Source: Desulfobacterales bacterium (GTDB lineage: Bacteria > Desulfobacterota > Desulfobacteria > Desulfobacterales > UBA5852). From it: 64,000 nucleotides of DNA. The stretch is from contig CAXXVS010000002.1 in assembly GCA_963674755.2 (NCBI GenBank), positions 1,568,001 through 1,632,000 on the forward strand. Direction: 5' to 3'. The notes beneath the pieces are model-generated. The model ran no database searches. It had not been told where the DNA came from and saw nothing but the letters and a program-made list of their open reading frames with translations. Made by a program: the position numbers and the translations under genes. Positions 1 through 9,222 of the stretch are shown here, piece by piece; positions within the stretch are counted from its first letter, which is position 1; the number at the start of each line of letters is the position of its first letter.

Positions 1-1
1 G

Positions 2-583
2 CTTGCTTCTTCAGAAATGGTTCTCTGTGATATTTCGTCTCTAAATTCAAATGTTTTTTTCGAGCTTGGTGTCCGAACGGCCCTTAATAAGCCCGTCTGT
101 CTTGTTAAAGATGATGTCACAACTAATATTCCTTTCGACACCATACCAATTCAATATGAAACATATAGAAGTGCTCTGACAGTTATGCATCACGAAAATG
201 ACCTTAAAAGAATCTCTGATCATTTAATAAGAACTCAAGATAAGAACTCAAATTACAACGCAATGTGGAAGGCGTTCGGGATTTCACAGACCGCATCTCC
301 GCCAGAACCAAGCTCGATTGAGGAAAAACTTGACTTCTTAATTCAACGATCAGATCCTAATTTTGCATTATCTCTCACATGGCTTCGGGAGTTTTCTCCC
401 AAAGTTGCGACGGTTTTGATAAATGCAGACCTTTATTCACTACGTGAAGTTGCCAACATATCCGAAGAAATGTTTAAAAAGGTAAACGGTATTGGCAACA
501 TAGAAATCAGTGAGATAAAGCAAGTTCTTGCTAATCATGGACTATCACTAAAATGCCATAAGGCAATGAGGGTCATGTCTTAA
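2..583 (+). CDS. 5'-partial: nucleoside 2-deoxyribosyltransferase/TIR-like domain fused to a C-terminal RNA polymerase alpha-CTD-like domain
   Basis: Frame open from the window edge. Motif LCDISSLNSNVFFELGVRTALNKP. C-terminal GIGNIEISEIKQVLANHGLSL resembles RpoA CTD ([20 protein letters not shown]). AT-rich. Confidence 0.75.
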   Translation, partial: LASSEMVLCDISSLNSNVFFELGVRTALNKPVCLVKDDVTTNIPFDTIPIQYETYRSALTVMHHENDLKRISDHLIRTQDKNSNYNAMWKAFGISQTASPPEPSSIEEKLDFLIQRSDPNFALSLTWLREFSPKVATVLINADLYSLREVANISEEMFKKVNGIGNIEISEIKQVLANHGLSLKCHKAMRVMS

Positions 584-671
584 CACTTAACAAACCAATA
601 GTTTTCACAGCTAATTTGTCAAATTTTGAGTTCTAAACCCGGATTCTTTATAATTTATTTTTAATGAGACA

Positions 672-1670
672 ATGAGTACTATACATAACGGAAAAGACAA
701 ATTAACCTTTAGGCGCTTGTTGCTATCTAAAGAATTTTATTTACACGGACTGGAGCATTCACGGTTAAAATCACCTCTTAACAGGATGATTGCTATTCAT
801 AATTTTCATAATTCCCTTGAAATTGTTTTGAGATCAATATTCTTATATCACGAAATACGTCCGGAAAAGCAGCTAAATATCGACTTTGAATCTATGTTAA
901 ATGCGATTGATTCTTTTCAATCATTCAAAGAGAATAATGTCAAGCTCCCATACCGACAAGAATTAAGGAGTTTGAATCAAATACGAAATATGGTTCAACA
1001 TCAAGCAGTTGAGCCGGAAGAATCTACTCTTGATGATTGGAGAGTTTTTACTATTAGATTTTTAAGAGAAGCCTTCGATACTTACTTTAGTATCAATTTT
1101 GACGAAGTAACATCAATCCATTTTATACACAATAAAGATTTAAAGAACCTCTTATTAACTGGTAATAAACTTAATAATATAAATAAATATCTCGACTCGG
1201 TAGTTGCTGCTAAATTGGCTTTTATCTACGCATCTTATGCAATCAGTAATTTTTTACCATCTGATGGACTTAATTCTGATTTTTTTGTAATTTCTAGTAT
1301 CTCCTCTATTACGCGTAATATTGATACGATACTTTCACATAAAATAGAAAATGTAATACGTAAAATCTATGATAAAATTGGTGATACCAAACTTTATTCA
1401 TCAATAATATCAAGTGGTGTATCTTTAGCCGACTATAAGCAATATGAGATGCTTACACCATCTATCATCTTAACCTTAGATGGTGGTTACGTTGTACAAA
1501 CAATGAATATGCCAAATCCTGATTTCGAGTCTTCCTCATGGATTTTAAATTTCGTAGAACAATCAATAATTAAATGGCAACTCTCTGGTATCGATCTTAA
1601 TTTAAATGAACGATTAGCATACTCATGCAAAAAATCTAATGAAAATCTTTCTGCTAATATCCCTGTATAA
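672..1670 (+). CDS. hypothetical protein with N-terminal HEPN-like domain (putative RNase effector)
   Basis: 332 aa, very AT-rich; helical N-terminus with NSLE and an Rx4H motif (RNMVQH). Confidence 0.55.
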   Translation: MSTIHNGKDKLTFRRLLLSKEFYLHGLEHSRLKSPLNRMIAIHNFHNSLEIVLRSIFLYHEIRPEKQLNIDFESMLNAIDSFQSFKENNVKLPYRQELRSLNQIRNMVQHQAVEPEESTLDDWRVFTIRFLREAFDTYFSINFDEVTSIHFIHNKDLKNLLLTGNKLNNINKYLDSVVAAKLAFIYASYAISNFLPSDGLNSDFFVISSISSITRNIDTILSHKIENVIRKIYDKIGDTKLYSSIISSGVSLADYKQYEMLTPSIILTLDGGYVVQTMNMPNPDFESSSWILNFVEQSIIKWQLSGIDLNLNERLAYSCKKSNENLSANIPV

Positions 1671-1680
1671 TGCGGAATAC

Positions 1681-1730
1681 TATTGGGGTCGCATCTTAAT
1701 TATTTACTATTGACATCTATCCTATATCAG
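1681..1730 (+). repeat. GGGGTCGCATCTTAATTAT family repeat, L-type copy 1
   Basis: 1681-1712 is identical to 4424-4455, and 46 of 50 nt match out to 1730/4473. Contains TTGACA at 1710-1715. Confidence 0.95.
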
Positions 1731-1838
1731 CTCGCAATAACTATCTAATCCAGTAGATGAAAACCGATTTAGCACACCGGAAAAGAGTCACTTATGCAAC
1801 AAAACAACAGCGCATGTGGCGCCTTGTAGAGGGACCCC

Positions 1839-2180
1839 ATGCTCCGAACCGAAAGCATTACCACTAGAACCACGGATGGCACGGAAGTGGAAATCCGTGG
1901 GAAAATCGCATGGCCGAAGAATCAAGAGCGCCTGCCGCAAGGCTGTTATATCCGAGTCTATTTCAATGATGAAACTGGAAACCGCATCGAGACCACCCCG
2001 AGCTACTACGGAACTCTCCGTGGCAAAACCGGATTGGTTACCTCTGGGCTTATTGAACGGTATATCCTGGAAATCCCGAAAGCAGATTATGAAGATTTCG
2101 AAAAGCGTTGCCTTGATATCTTTTGGGAAGGCATGGGAAAAAACTTTGGAAGGCCAAGGCCCAAGTGGTTAGATAGCTGA
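1839..2180 (+). CDS. hypothetical protein (113 aa)
   Basis: ATG with GAGGGA upstream; natural-looking composition. Confidence 0.55.
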   Translation: MLRTESITTRTTDGTEVEIRGKIAWPKNQERLPQGCYIRVYFNDETGNRIETTPSYYGTLRGKTGLVTSGLIERYILEIPKADYEDFEKRCLDIFWEGMGKNFGRPRPKWLDS

Positions 2181-2228
2181 AAAGGGTCATATATACTTGG
2201 CATTTCCCCATATGGATAGTATTGACAT

Positions 2229-2435
2229 ATGAAAATAAAAGTAGCCCAGGCAAGCGATCGAATTGTAATCAAGCTGGAAAACGGCCGAAATATCGAATTC
2301 TCTTTTACCGCCGCGGAAGACCAGGACACGCCCAGCCTTTGTCGCATATCCACCGATGGCCGAGAAAATACAAGACACGAAACCCACCAATCCGGCAAGT
2401 TGGAGTTTTGGGAATTCAGTTTCCCTGAGAAATAA
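2229..2435 (+). CDS. hypothetical protein (68 aa)
   Basis: ATG ORF filling the gap between neighbours. Confidence 0.4.
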   Translation: MKIKVAQASDRIVIKLENGRNIEFSFTAAEDQDTPSLCRISTDGRENTRHETHQSGKLEFWEFSFPEK

Positions 2436-2465
2436 TAGAAAGAATTGATGAAGGGGCTCTGAGAG

Positions 2466-4442
2466 TTGGAAGAACAAAAATCAAAGCTGGAGAAAGTTGG
2501 TGATGCCTTTCTGGACCGTGAGACGTTTTTCCGCACTCTAATCGAGACCATACCGGACCTTGTTTGGTTGAAAGATCCAGATGGTGTTTTCCTTGCGTGC
2601 AATCGAAGATTTGAACGCTTTTATGGTGCAAAGGAAAAGGATATTTTCGGAAAAACGGACTATGATTTTGTGAGCAAGGAGCAAGCTGACTTTTTCCGTA
2701 AAAATGACTTGGATGCCATCACAAACGGAAAGCCAACGGTAAACGAAGAAGCCGTCACCTACATCAGTGACGGCCATGAGGAATTGCTCGAAACCATTAA
2801 AACACCAATGTACGATTCCCTAGGCAACCTAATTGGCGTGTTGGGTATTGCCCGGGATATAACGGAACGCAAGCGCATCGAAAGAGATCTTCGATTGAGC
2901 GAGGAGCGTCTAAGATTAACGCTGGAGGTCGCCAATATCGGAATCTGGGATTGGGACATTGCCAATGATACGTGGCACGCTTCCCCGATATATTACACCA
3001 TGCTCGGCTATGAACCCGTTTCCGGTCCCTCGGATAGGGAAATATGGCTAAAGCGGGTTCACCCTGAAGACAGGGAAGCCGTTCGAGCAAAAATAAGCAG
3101 TATTCTCAATTTTGAAACCAACGAATATCACTACGAGGCACGCATGAAGCACGCCGACGGCACCTACCGCTGGCATTATGTCATCGGATATGTGCTTGAA
3201 AGGGATAAGGATAACAGGCCGATTCATTTAATCGGGCTTCGGATTGACATCAACGACCGTATCAAAGCGCAAGCCGACAAAGAAAGGCTCCAGACCCAGT
3301 TGACACAGGCCCAGAAAATGGAAGCCATCGGCCGGCTGGCCGGCGGTGTTGCCCATGACTTCAATAACATGTTGGGCGTAATTCTGGGGCAGACAGAGTT
3401 GCAGCTGGATCAAATTGATCCAGCCCAGCCAGTCTTCACAGCCCTGCAGGACATCAGAAAAGCCGCAGAGAAATCAGCCAATCTGACTCGGCAACTGCTG
3501 GCTTTTGCTCGTAAGCAAGCCATTTCCCCAAAGGTGCTTAACTTGAATGACGTGGTTGAGAGCATGATCAAGATGTTGCACCGAATCATTGGCGAGGATA
3601 TCCATCTTGTCTGGTCTCCAGGGAAAACCACGTGGCCGGTCAAGATCGACTCCAGCCAAATTGATCAGATTTTAGCCAACCTATGCGTAAATGCCCGGGA
3701 CAGTATCTCGGGTGTCGGAAAAATCGTCATCGAAACAAGAAACCGCACTTTCGACACGGATTACTGTAACCGGCATCCGGAATTTATACCCGGAGACTAT
3801 GTGATGATGGCCATTAGCGATAGCGGTTGCGGCATGGATCAGGAAATTCTCAATAACATCTTCGAGCCTTTTTTTACGACGAAGGGAGAAGAGAAAGGGA
3901 CCGGCTTAGGTCTTGCCACGGTATATGGCATCATCAAACAAAACAATGGATTTATCAATGTATACAGCGAGCCGCAGCACGGATCGACATTCAAGATTTA
4001 TTTACCACGGCACAGGGACAAGGCCGATGAGCCTGTAAAAACAATTGAGGCATCACCGATAGCGCGCGGTTCCGAGACTGTTCTTGTGGTGGAGGACAAT
4101 GCTCAGCTTCTAACCCTAACCCAGTCAATTTTGGAAAGACAGGGATATACCGTGTTGACTGCAACCTCGCCTGCCGGGGCCTTGCGGTTGGTGGATGAGT
4201 TTGCCGGCCCCATCGATTTGCTTATTACCGATGTGATAATGCCGGAGATGAATGGTCGTGATCTGGCAAAAAAGATAAGATCGCAGCGTTCTGGCGTAAA
4301 ACTGCTCTATATGTCTGGTTACACGGCAGATGCCATTTCTATTAATGGCGTGGTAGACAAGGGCGTCAATTTCATTCAGAAGCCCTTTTCAATAGGGGAA
4401 CTGGCTCGTAAAGTAAGGGATAGTATTGGGGTCGCATCTTAA
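2466..4442 (+). CDS. PAS/PAC hybrid sensor histidine kinase-response regulator
   Basis: Two PAS/PAC domains, H-box GVAHDFNN, FEPFFTTK and GTGLGLA boxes, receiver LLITDVIMP. The stop codon lies inside the repeat. Confidence 0.93.
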   Translation: MEEQKSKLEKVGDAFLDRETFFRTLIETIPDLVWLKDPDGVFLACNRRFERFYGAKEKDIFGKTDYDFVSKEQADFFRKNDLDAITNGKPTVNEEAVTYISDGHEELLETIKTPMYDSLGNLIGVLGIARDITERKRIERDLRLSEERLRLTLEVANIGIWDWDIANDTWHASPIYYTMLGYEPVSGPSDREIWLKRVHPEDREAVRAKISSILNFETNEYHYEARMKHADGTYRWHYVIGYVLERDKDNRPIHLIGLRIDINDRIKAQADKERLQTQLTQAQKMEAIGRLAGGVAHDFNNMLGVILGQTELQLDQIDPAQPVFTALQDIRKAAEKSANLTRQLLAFARKQAISPKVLNLNDVVESMIKMLHRIIGEDIHLVWSPGKTTWPVKIDSSQIDQILANLCVNARDSISGVGKIVIETRNRTFDTDYCNRHPEFIPGDYVMMAISDSGCGMDQEILNNIFEPFFTTKGEEKGTGLGLATVYGIIKQNNGFINVYSEPQHGSTFKIYLPRHRDKADEPVKTIEASPIARGSETVLVVEDNAQLLTLTQSILERQGYTVLTATSPAGALRLVDEFAGPIDLLITDVIMPEMNGRDLAKKIRSQRSGVKLLYMSGYTADAISINGVVDKGVNFIQKPFSIGELARKVRDSIGVAS

Positions 4443-4551
4443 TTATTTACTATTGTAATCTGCCCTATATCAGTTCTCTATACCGACCGACGATTCCGAA
4501 ATAGCGTGAGGCAACTATAACATCGTATAATTAATAATTAAGATGCGACCC
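4429..4551. mobile_element. 123-bp MITE/REPIN-like unit with 19-bp perfect terminal inverted repeats
   Basis: GGGTCGCATCTTAATTATT (4429-4447) and AATAATTAAGATGCGACCC (4533-4551). Confidence 0.7.
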
Positions 4552-5056
4552 TTTTTGTCTCCCCAGCCTGACGCTTTAAAGCATTTGGGTTGCTATTAGT
4601 CGCATATTTTGTTAGGTCATCAGGCATACGTTCTCTATGAAGCCGGCCCCCCACCCTCTGGCCGCAATGGCTTAAAACATCTTGCTCCTGCTGTGCAACC
4701 CTGCTGCAAATCTGGACGTCTTTCCCGGGTCCTGAACTTATACTTCGAAAGCAAAAAGAACGCTTCACCTGCCGTTTAGCTTCCGGCACAAGTGCGACAC
4801 CTTCAAGTTCCCGTAGATAATTCCGGCTAAAACGCCCGACGAACTATCCATTCAGCGCTCGTTCTCCATGAAGCTAAAAGCGAGCGTTGGCACATAGCGA
4901 CAGGTTAGATCGTGTCCATCCCGAACGGGCACCTTTTGACCCGGTCCACAGCGCTCTCACTCTTTTGAAATTTTCGCCATAGCTCACCAGGCGACGCTTG
5001 TCAATGGGAATGAAAATTGTACCATTTTCGGGAAACGAAAAGTGTACCACTCCCGC

Positions 5057-5845
5057 TCAGTTAAGGGTTTCGGTTAATGCAGCCGGTGTAGCCGGCGCGG
5101 TGTTAAATTCGTTCTTTGACAAAGTGTGCTTTCTGAGCCGGTAGCTGTGGCCCTTGATGTTGACCACCCGACAGTGGTGGAGCAGCCGGTCGAGAATCGC
5201 GGTGGCGATGACCTGATCGCCGAACAGCTCCTGCCAGTCCCCGAAGCTCTTGTTGGAGGTGATGATGGTGGAGCTTCGTTCGTAGCGGTAGCTGATGAAC
5301 TGGAAGAACAGGTAGGCTTCCTTGCTGTCGATGGGCAGATAGCCCACCTCATCGACCACCACCAGACTGGAGGTCAGATAGGCCTTGTGCCGGGACTGGG
5401 ACTGCTCCTTAAGTTTTCGCATCAGGGCGTCCATGGTCATGAAATAGACCTTGAAGCCGTGATGACAGGCCTTGGTGGCCAATGCGATCGCCAGATGGGT
5501 TTTGCCCACCCCCGGAGGCCCCAGGAAGATCACGTTCTCGTGCTTGGGGATGAAGTCCAGATCGAAGAGCGCCATGACGTCTTTCTTATTGAGATCCGGG
5601 TGGAACGAGAAGTCGTAGGCATCGATGGTTTTGGCCGCCGGAAGGCCCGCGGTCTTCATGGCGGTCTCCACCCGCCGCTTTTCCTTGGCGCCGACTTCCT
5701 CCTCCAGCAGGTGATCCAGGAAAGCCATATATGAGCTCTTGTCGGTTTCGGCCTGCAAAAGGACAGTGTCGAGCACGGCGGCAGCCTGGGTGAGCTTTAG
5801 CCGCTGAAGATTGTCCCGAAGGCGGTCTGTAATCAGTTGGTCCAT
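5057..5845 (-). CDS. istB: IS21 helper ATPase
   Basis: Walker A GPPGVGKT, VVDEVGY, ITSNKSFGDW, AILDRLLHH. Confidence 0.96.
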   Translation of the reverse strand: MDQLITDRLRDNLQRLKLTQAAAVLDTVLLQAETDKSSYMAFLDHLLEEEVGAKEKRRVETAMKTAGLPAAKTIDAYDFSFHPDLNKKDVMALFDLDFIPKHENVIFLGPPGVGKTHLAIALATKACHHGFKVYFMTMDALMRKLKEQSQSRHKAYLTSSLVVVDEVGYLPIDSKEAYLFFQFISYRYERSSTIITSNKSFGDWQELFGDQVIATAILDRLLHHCRVVNIKGHSYRLRKHTLSKNEFNTAPATPAALTETLN

Positions 5846-7110
5846 ACCCCACCTCCTTTCTGGGCCGCCTGTTCGTAGACGGACAGCGGCCTGTAGAGCA
5901 CTTGGGGAAACAGGCTGCCGTTGACCAGACCCCGCGTGGCCTTGCCCTTGCGGCGGCCGTAGGGTGGTGTCTTCGGCGGCTGTTCGCGGCGCAGCTTGAG
6001 GATCTCCTCGATGATGGCCGGATCGGTGATCATCCGCCCCTTCTCCGGGCTCTCGGTGTGGGTGATCAGCAGCCGGTCGTCGTCGTAAATGCGGATGACG
6101 CCGTCCTTGATCCTCAGCAGCACTTTTTTGCCGACCGCTTCCGGCGGCACCTGGTAACGGCTGGCGTCGTAGGAGATCAGGCAGTCTTTGTAGACCTTCC
6201 GGTAGACCTTGATGGCGGTGTCGTAGTCTCTGGGCACCGGGCCAAGGCTGCGGACCTCCTGCTGCCAGCGCATGTCGACGAGCTGCCGGTGAGTACGGTG
6301 CTGGCGCCGGTTGGCGGTCTCCGAGATCCAGTGGAGCAGATCCGCATTGGCCTGGTCGATGCTCTCAAACACATAGCCGCGCCAGAAAGCTTCCCGGATG
6401 TAGTCGATGGGGCGTTCCACCTTGCCTTTGGTCCAGGGGCTATAGGGGGCGCACAGCACCGGCTTGAAGCCGCAGTGGTCGGCAAAATCGGTGAACTCGA
6501 CATTGATGCGCGCTCGCCCATCGGCGCGGCCGGCGAACACATGGCGCATGTTGTCATAGAGCAGTTCGAAAGGCACGCCCCCGAGATACTTGAAGGCCCG
6601 CAAGTGGGCGTCCATAAACGCCGCCAGAGTGCAGCGGGTGACGAACTCGGCGTACATGGCCCGGGAAAATCCGAGAACCAGCAGGAACAGATGCACGGTG
6701 ATGTCGGCGACACCGGCAGCGGCGATCTTAAAGTCGGCCCAGTCCACCTGGCCTTGCAGACCGGGAACCGTCTCGAATCGCAGGAAGGCCTGACGACGAT
6801 TGCGGGCTTTGACGGCCCGCACATAGGTTTTGACCGTGTCGTAGCCGCCGGAATAGCCGAGGTCTTTGATTTTCTGAAAGATCCATGTACCGCGGTAATT
6901 GTCCTGCTGGAGCCAGTCGTCGATCATCTGGTGGTAGGGGGAAAGGATCGATTCCTTGCGCTTGCGTTTACAGTATCGGGGCATGGTGGGATCTGCCAGG
7001 TACTTGGTGACGGTGTTGCGGTGAATGCCAAGCTTCCTGGCAATGGCGCGCATCGTGAAGCCTTGGCGGTGATAGGAATGAATGTCCATGAATGCCTCCC
7101 TGGTGATCAT
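5833..7110 (-). CDS. istA: IS21 DDE transposase
   Basis: N-terminal HTH, RFETVPGLQGQVDW, YDNM, TKGKVER. Confidence 0.96.
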   Translation of the reverse strand: MITREAFMDIHSYHRQGFTMRAIARKLGIHRNTVTKYLADPTMPRYCKRKRKESILSPYHQMIDDWLQQDNYRGTWIFQKIKDLGYSGGYDTVKTYVRAVKARNRRQAFLRFETVPGLQGQVDWADFKIAAAGVADITVHLFLLVLGFSRAMYAEFVTRCTLAAFMDAHLRAFKYLGGVPFELLYDNMRHVFAGRADGRARINVEFTDFADHCGFKPVLCAPYSPWTKGKVERPIDYIREAFWRGYVFESIDQANADLLHWISETANRRQHRTHRQLVDMRWQQEVRSLGPVPRDYDTAIKVYRKVYKDCLISYDASRYQVPPEAVGKKVLLRIKDGVIRIYDDDRLLITHTESPEKGRMITDPAIIEEILKLRREQPPKTPPYGRRKGKATRGLVNGSLFPQVLYRPLSVYEQAAQKGGGVWTN

Positions 7111-7379
7111 GGCGGCGCCCTCCTTTAGCAGAGGGTCTTACCACCAATTACACCACCGGGGTGGTACACTTTTCATTCCCATTTTTGGTACACTTTAGCA
7201 TTCCCGCCGACAACGCTGTCGCTCATAGCGCTGCACCGTCGATTTCAAAAACGTTGCGGCCTTGGCCTGAACCAAAGTCTGCAACAGCCGGATGGACACG
7301 AGATAAGGACGACCAACGTTTGGGACTTCGTATGGTCAGATACGAAGCGGATTTTTTTAACACCAGAGGGAGGATAATC

Positions 7380-8534
7380 ATGAGCAAAACTTTGATTTTC
7401 TGCGCTGACGGTACTTGGAACGGACCCGACCAGGATGACGACAACGATGGGGCCCCGGACTTCACCAACGTCTACAAGTTGTTTCTTGGCCTGGAGGGCG
7501 AGCTGAGCCCGGAGACGATTTGTAGTGCCGATGAACAGGAGAAATTTCTGAAGAAAGGGACCCCGTTGGTCCAGGTGGCGAAATACATCCATGGTGTTGG
7601 CGATTCCCGCAACCCCATCCGCAAACTTCTGGGTGGCGCTTTCGGCGCCGGAACCATTGCCCGAATTGTGCGGAGCTACACCTTCTTTTCCCGTCATTAC
7701 ACACCCGGGGATGCCATCGTACTGACCGGTTTCAGTCGAGGGGCATATACGGCACGGGCTTTGGCGGGGCTGATCGCCAGCGAAGGGCTGCTCGCCAAAG
7801 CACGAACCAGGGATAAGGAAGCCGCCTACCGCTGGGGCGCCAAGGCCTGGTATCGATATCGCAGCAAAGCCAGGGGCGCCAAAAAGCCGCGCTTTCTGAA
7901 ACGCTTTGCTGAGGCTATGGCGGACCTGCCGGCATTTGTTTCGGCCGATGATCTGAAGGACAGGGATCTGGTTCCCGTGCAAACCATCAAAGCCGTGGCG
8001 GTGTGGGACACGGTGGGTGCCCTCGGACTGCCCACCTATGAAAACGATGCCCGGGTGGATGCTTTCCGGTTTGCCGACAATCGTTTGAGCAGCAAGGTGG
8101 AATGGGGGTTTCATGCACTCTCTCTTGACGAGCAGCGGGTGGATTTCCTCCCTACGGTGTGGGCAAACCGGAGAAACGTGGTGCAGGTGCTGTTCCCGGG
8201 AGCACACGCCGATGTAGGAGGCGGCTATACCACCGGAGACGGTGAAAGCGGTCTGTCCAACGGGGCCCTGCTGTGGATGGTGGATCAGTTGAAAGGCGTT
8301 GAGGTGCAAACTGCGGATAGCATTGCCGCTTCAAACAAGGCCGACGCCGGGGGTGTCGCCCACCAGCCCTGGCGGCATAAGCCGTTTGATTTGCCAGGTA
8401 AAGCCCACCCCCGGAATTTTGCCGGTATGGCCGTTAAGGAACACACCTCCATTGCCCAGCGTATGGCCTTGCCAAGCGTCGTGGCGGAACCGGGAGATCC
8501 TCCCGGCAAGTACAGGCCGACGAACCGGCCCTGA
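7380..8534 (+). CDS. DUF2235 / Tle1-like alpha/beta hydrolase (putative phospholipase)
   Basis: CADGTWN, GFSRGA nucleophile elbow, VWDTVGALG, FPGAHADVGGG; RBS GGAGG before ATG 7380. Confidence 0.9.
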   Translation: MSKTLIFCADGTWNGPDQDDDNDGAPDFTNVYKLFLGLEGELSPETICSADEQEKFLKKGTPLVQVAKYIHGVGDSRNPIRKLLGGAFGAGTIARIVRSYTFFSRHYTPGDAIVLTGFSRGAYTARALAGLIASEGLLAKARTRDKEAAYRWGAKAWYRYRSKARGAKKPRFLKRFAEAMADLPAFVSADDLKDRDLVPVQTIKAVAVWDTVGALGLPTYENDARVDAFRFADNRLSSKVEWGFHALSLDEQRVDFLPTVWANRRNVVQVLFPGAHADVGGGYTTGDGESGLSNGALLWMVDQLKGVEVQTADSIAASNKADAGGVAHQPWRHKPFDLPGKAHPRNFAGMAVKEHTSIAQRMALPSVVAEPGDPPGKYRPTNRP

Positions 8535-8619
8535 ACCACTGACGCCCCATGTTTAGAACATAAACCAACCGGGGGTGAAGTCTGCCAAACCATAGCCGTA
8601 CGATTGGAGGACAAAGCAT

Positions 8620-8878
8620 ATGATAGCGGTCGATGGGGATTTTATTCCATCAGAAGGCCAGAACAGCGCTTGCCAAACGGGAAGGTCCCAGAGTCGCCCT
8701 CGATGAAGGCGGCCATACCATCGTGCTACGCCGGGGCTCCTTTGGGGAAGCCGTCGCGGAACTGCAGGAATTGCTGCGCGCCAAAGGTTTCGACCTGGCC
8801 ATCGACAGCGATTTCGGTCCTGCCACGGAACTGGCCGTCTTGCTGTTCCAGAAAAATAGCGGCCTTGTCGGGTGGTAG
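8620..8878 (+). pseudogene. peptidoglycan-binding-domain protein remnant
   Basis: LRRGSFGEAVAELQELL...IDSDFGPATELAVLLFQ. A second IAVDGDF piece sits in another frame. Cut off at the repeat at about 8876. Confidence 0.75.
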
Positions 8879-8881
8879 TAT

Positions 8882-8907
8882 GGGGTCGCATCTTAATTAT
8901 CAATTAT
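8882..8907 (+). repeat. GGGGTCGCATCTTAATTAT family repeat, R-type copy
   Basis: GGGGTCGCATCTTAATTATCAATTAT; its tail matches the reverse complement of 4527-4551 rather than the L-type tail. Confidence 0.9.
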
Positions 8908-9222
8908 TCACGAATCCAACATAGACAAATTGGCTATGAATTCGATAACAAAATGGCTGAAGTCTCCGGACGCCCAAGCTACTCTTTCGCCTTTCAGATT
9001 GGGGACCGTCTCAGATCATTCAGCCAAAAACATCTAGTGAACTATCCGGAACACAACCACGACATTATACAGCTGACAACGTACGCATTAATGGGATGAG
9101 CCATAAATTCATTAGGTTTTTTATATTTGGATAACTTCTGTATCAATCATTTCATCTTTTATTATTTTTTCGATTTGCGCACTTTCTTTTTATGTTGCAT
9201 TAAAAACAAACTACATTTGAAA

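Larger units (their letters stand above)
4999..7212 (-). mobile_element. IS21-family insertion sequence, apparently intact
   Basis: TGTC...GACA ends with repeated GGGAAT/AA[AT]GTACCA-like subterminal motifs; 5-bp target duplication ACGCT (4994-4998 and 7213-7217); istA plus istB. Confidence 0.96.

Noticed and set aside
585..640. ACTTAAC after the first gene as an attC R'' site
   Set aside because: No matching hairpin or GTTRRRY follows.
2214..2228. GGATAGTATTG shared with 4418-4428 as a target duplication
   Set aside because: Only 11 nt, AT-rich, and no element ends adjoin it.
4566..4911. Further attC-like sites (GCCTGAC..GTTAGGT; TGCCG/CGGCA and CGCTCG/CGAGCG hairpins; GTTAGAT)
   Set aside because: Core-site spacing and L-box pairing do not fit the attC architecture; at best heavily decayed.
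7161..7379. N-terminal extension of the DUF2235 ORF
   Set aside because: It begins inside the IS21 end; ATG 7380 has an RBS and matches the domain start.
1681..8907. Repeats as a CRISPR array
   Set aside because: Copies are kilobases apart, in both orientations, with no regular spacers and no cas genes.
8998..9020. ATTGGGGACCGTCTCAGATCATT as a fifth island repeat
   Set aside because: Needs gaps and several mismatches; could be chance.
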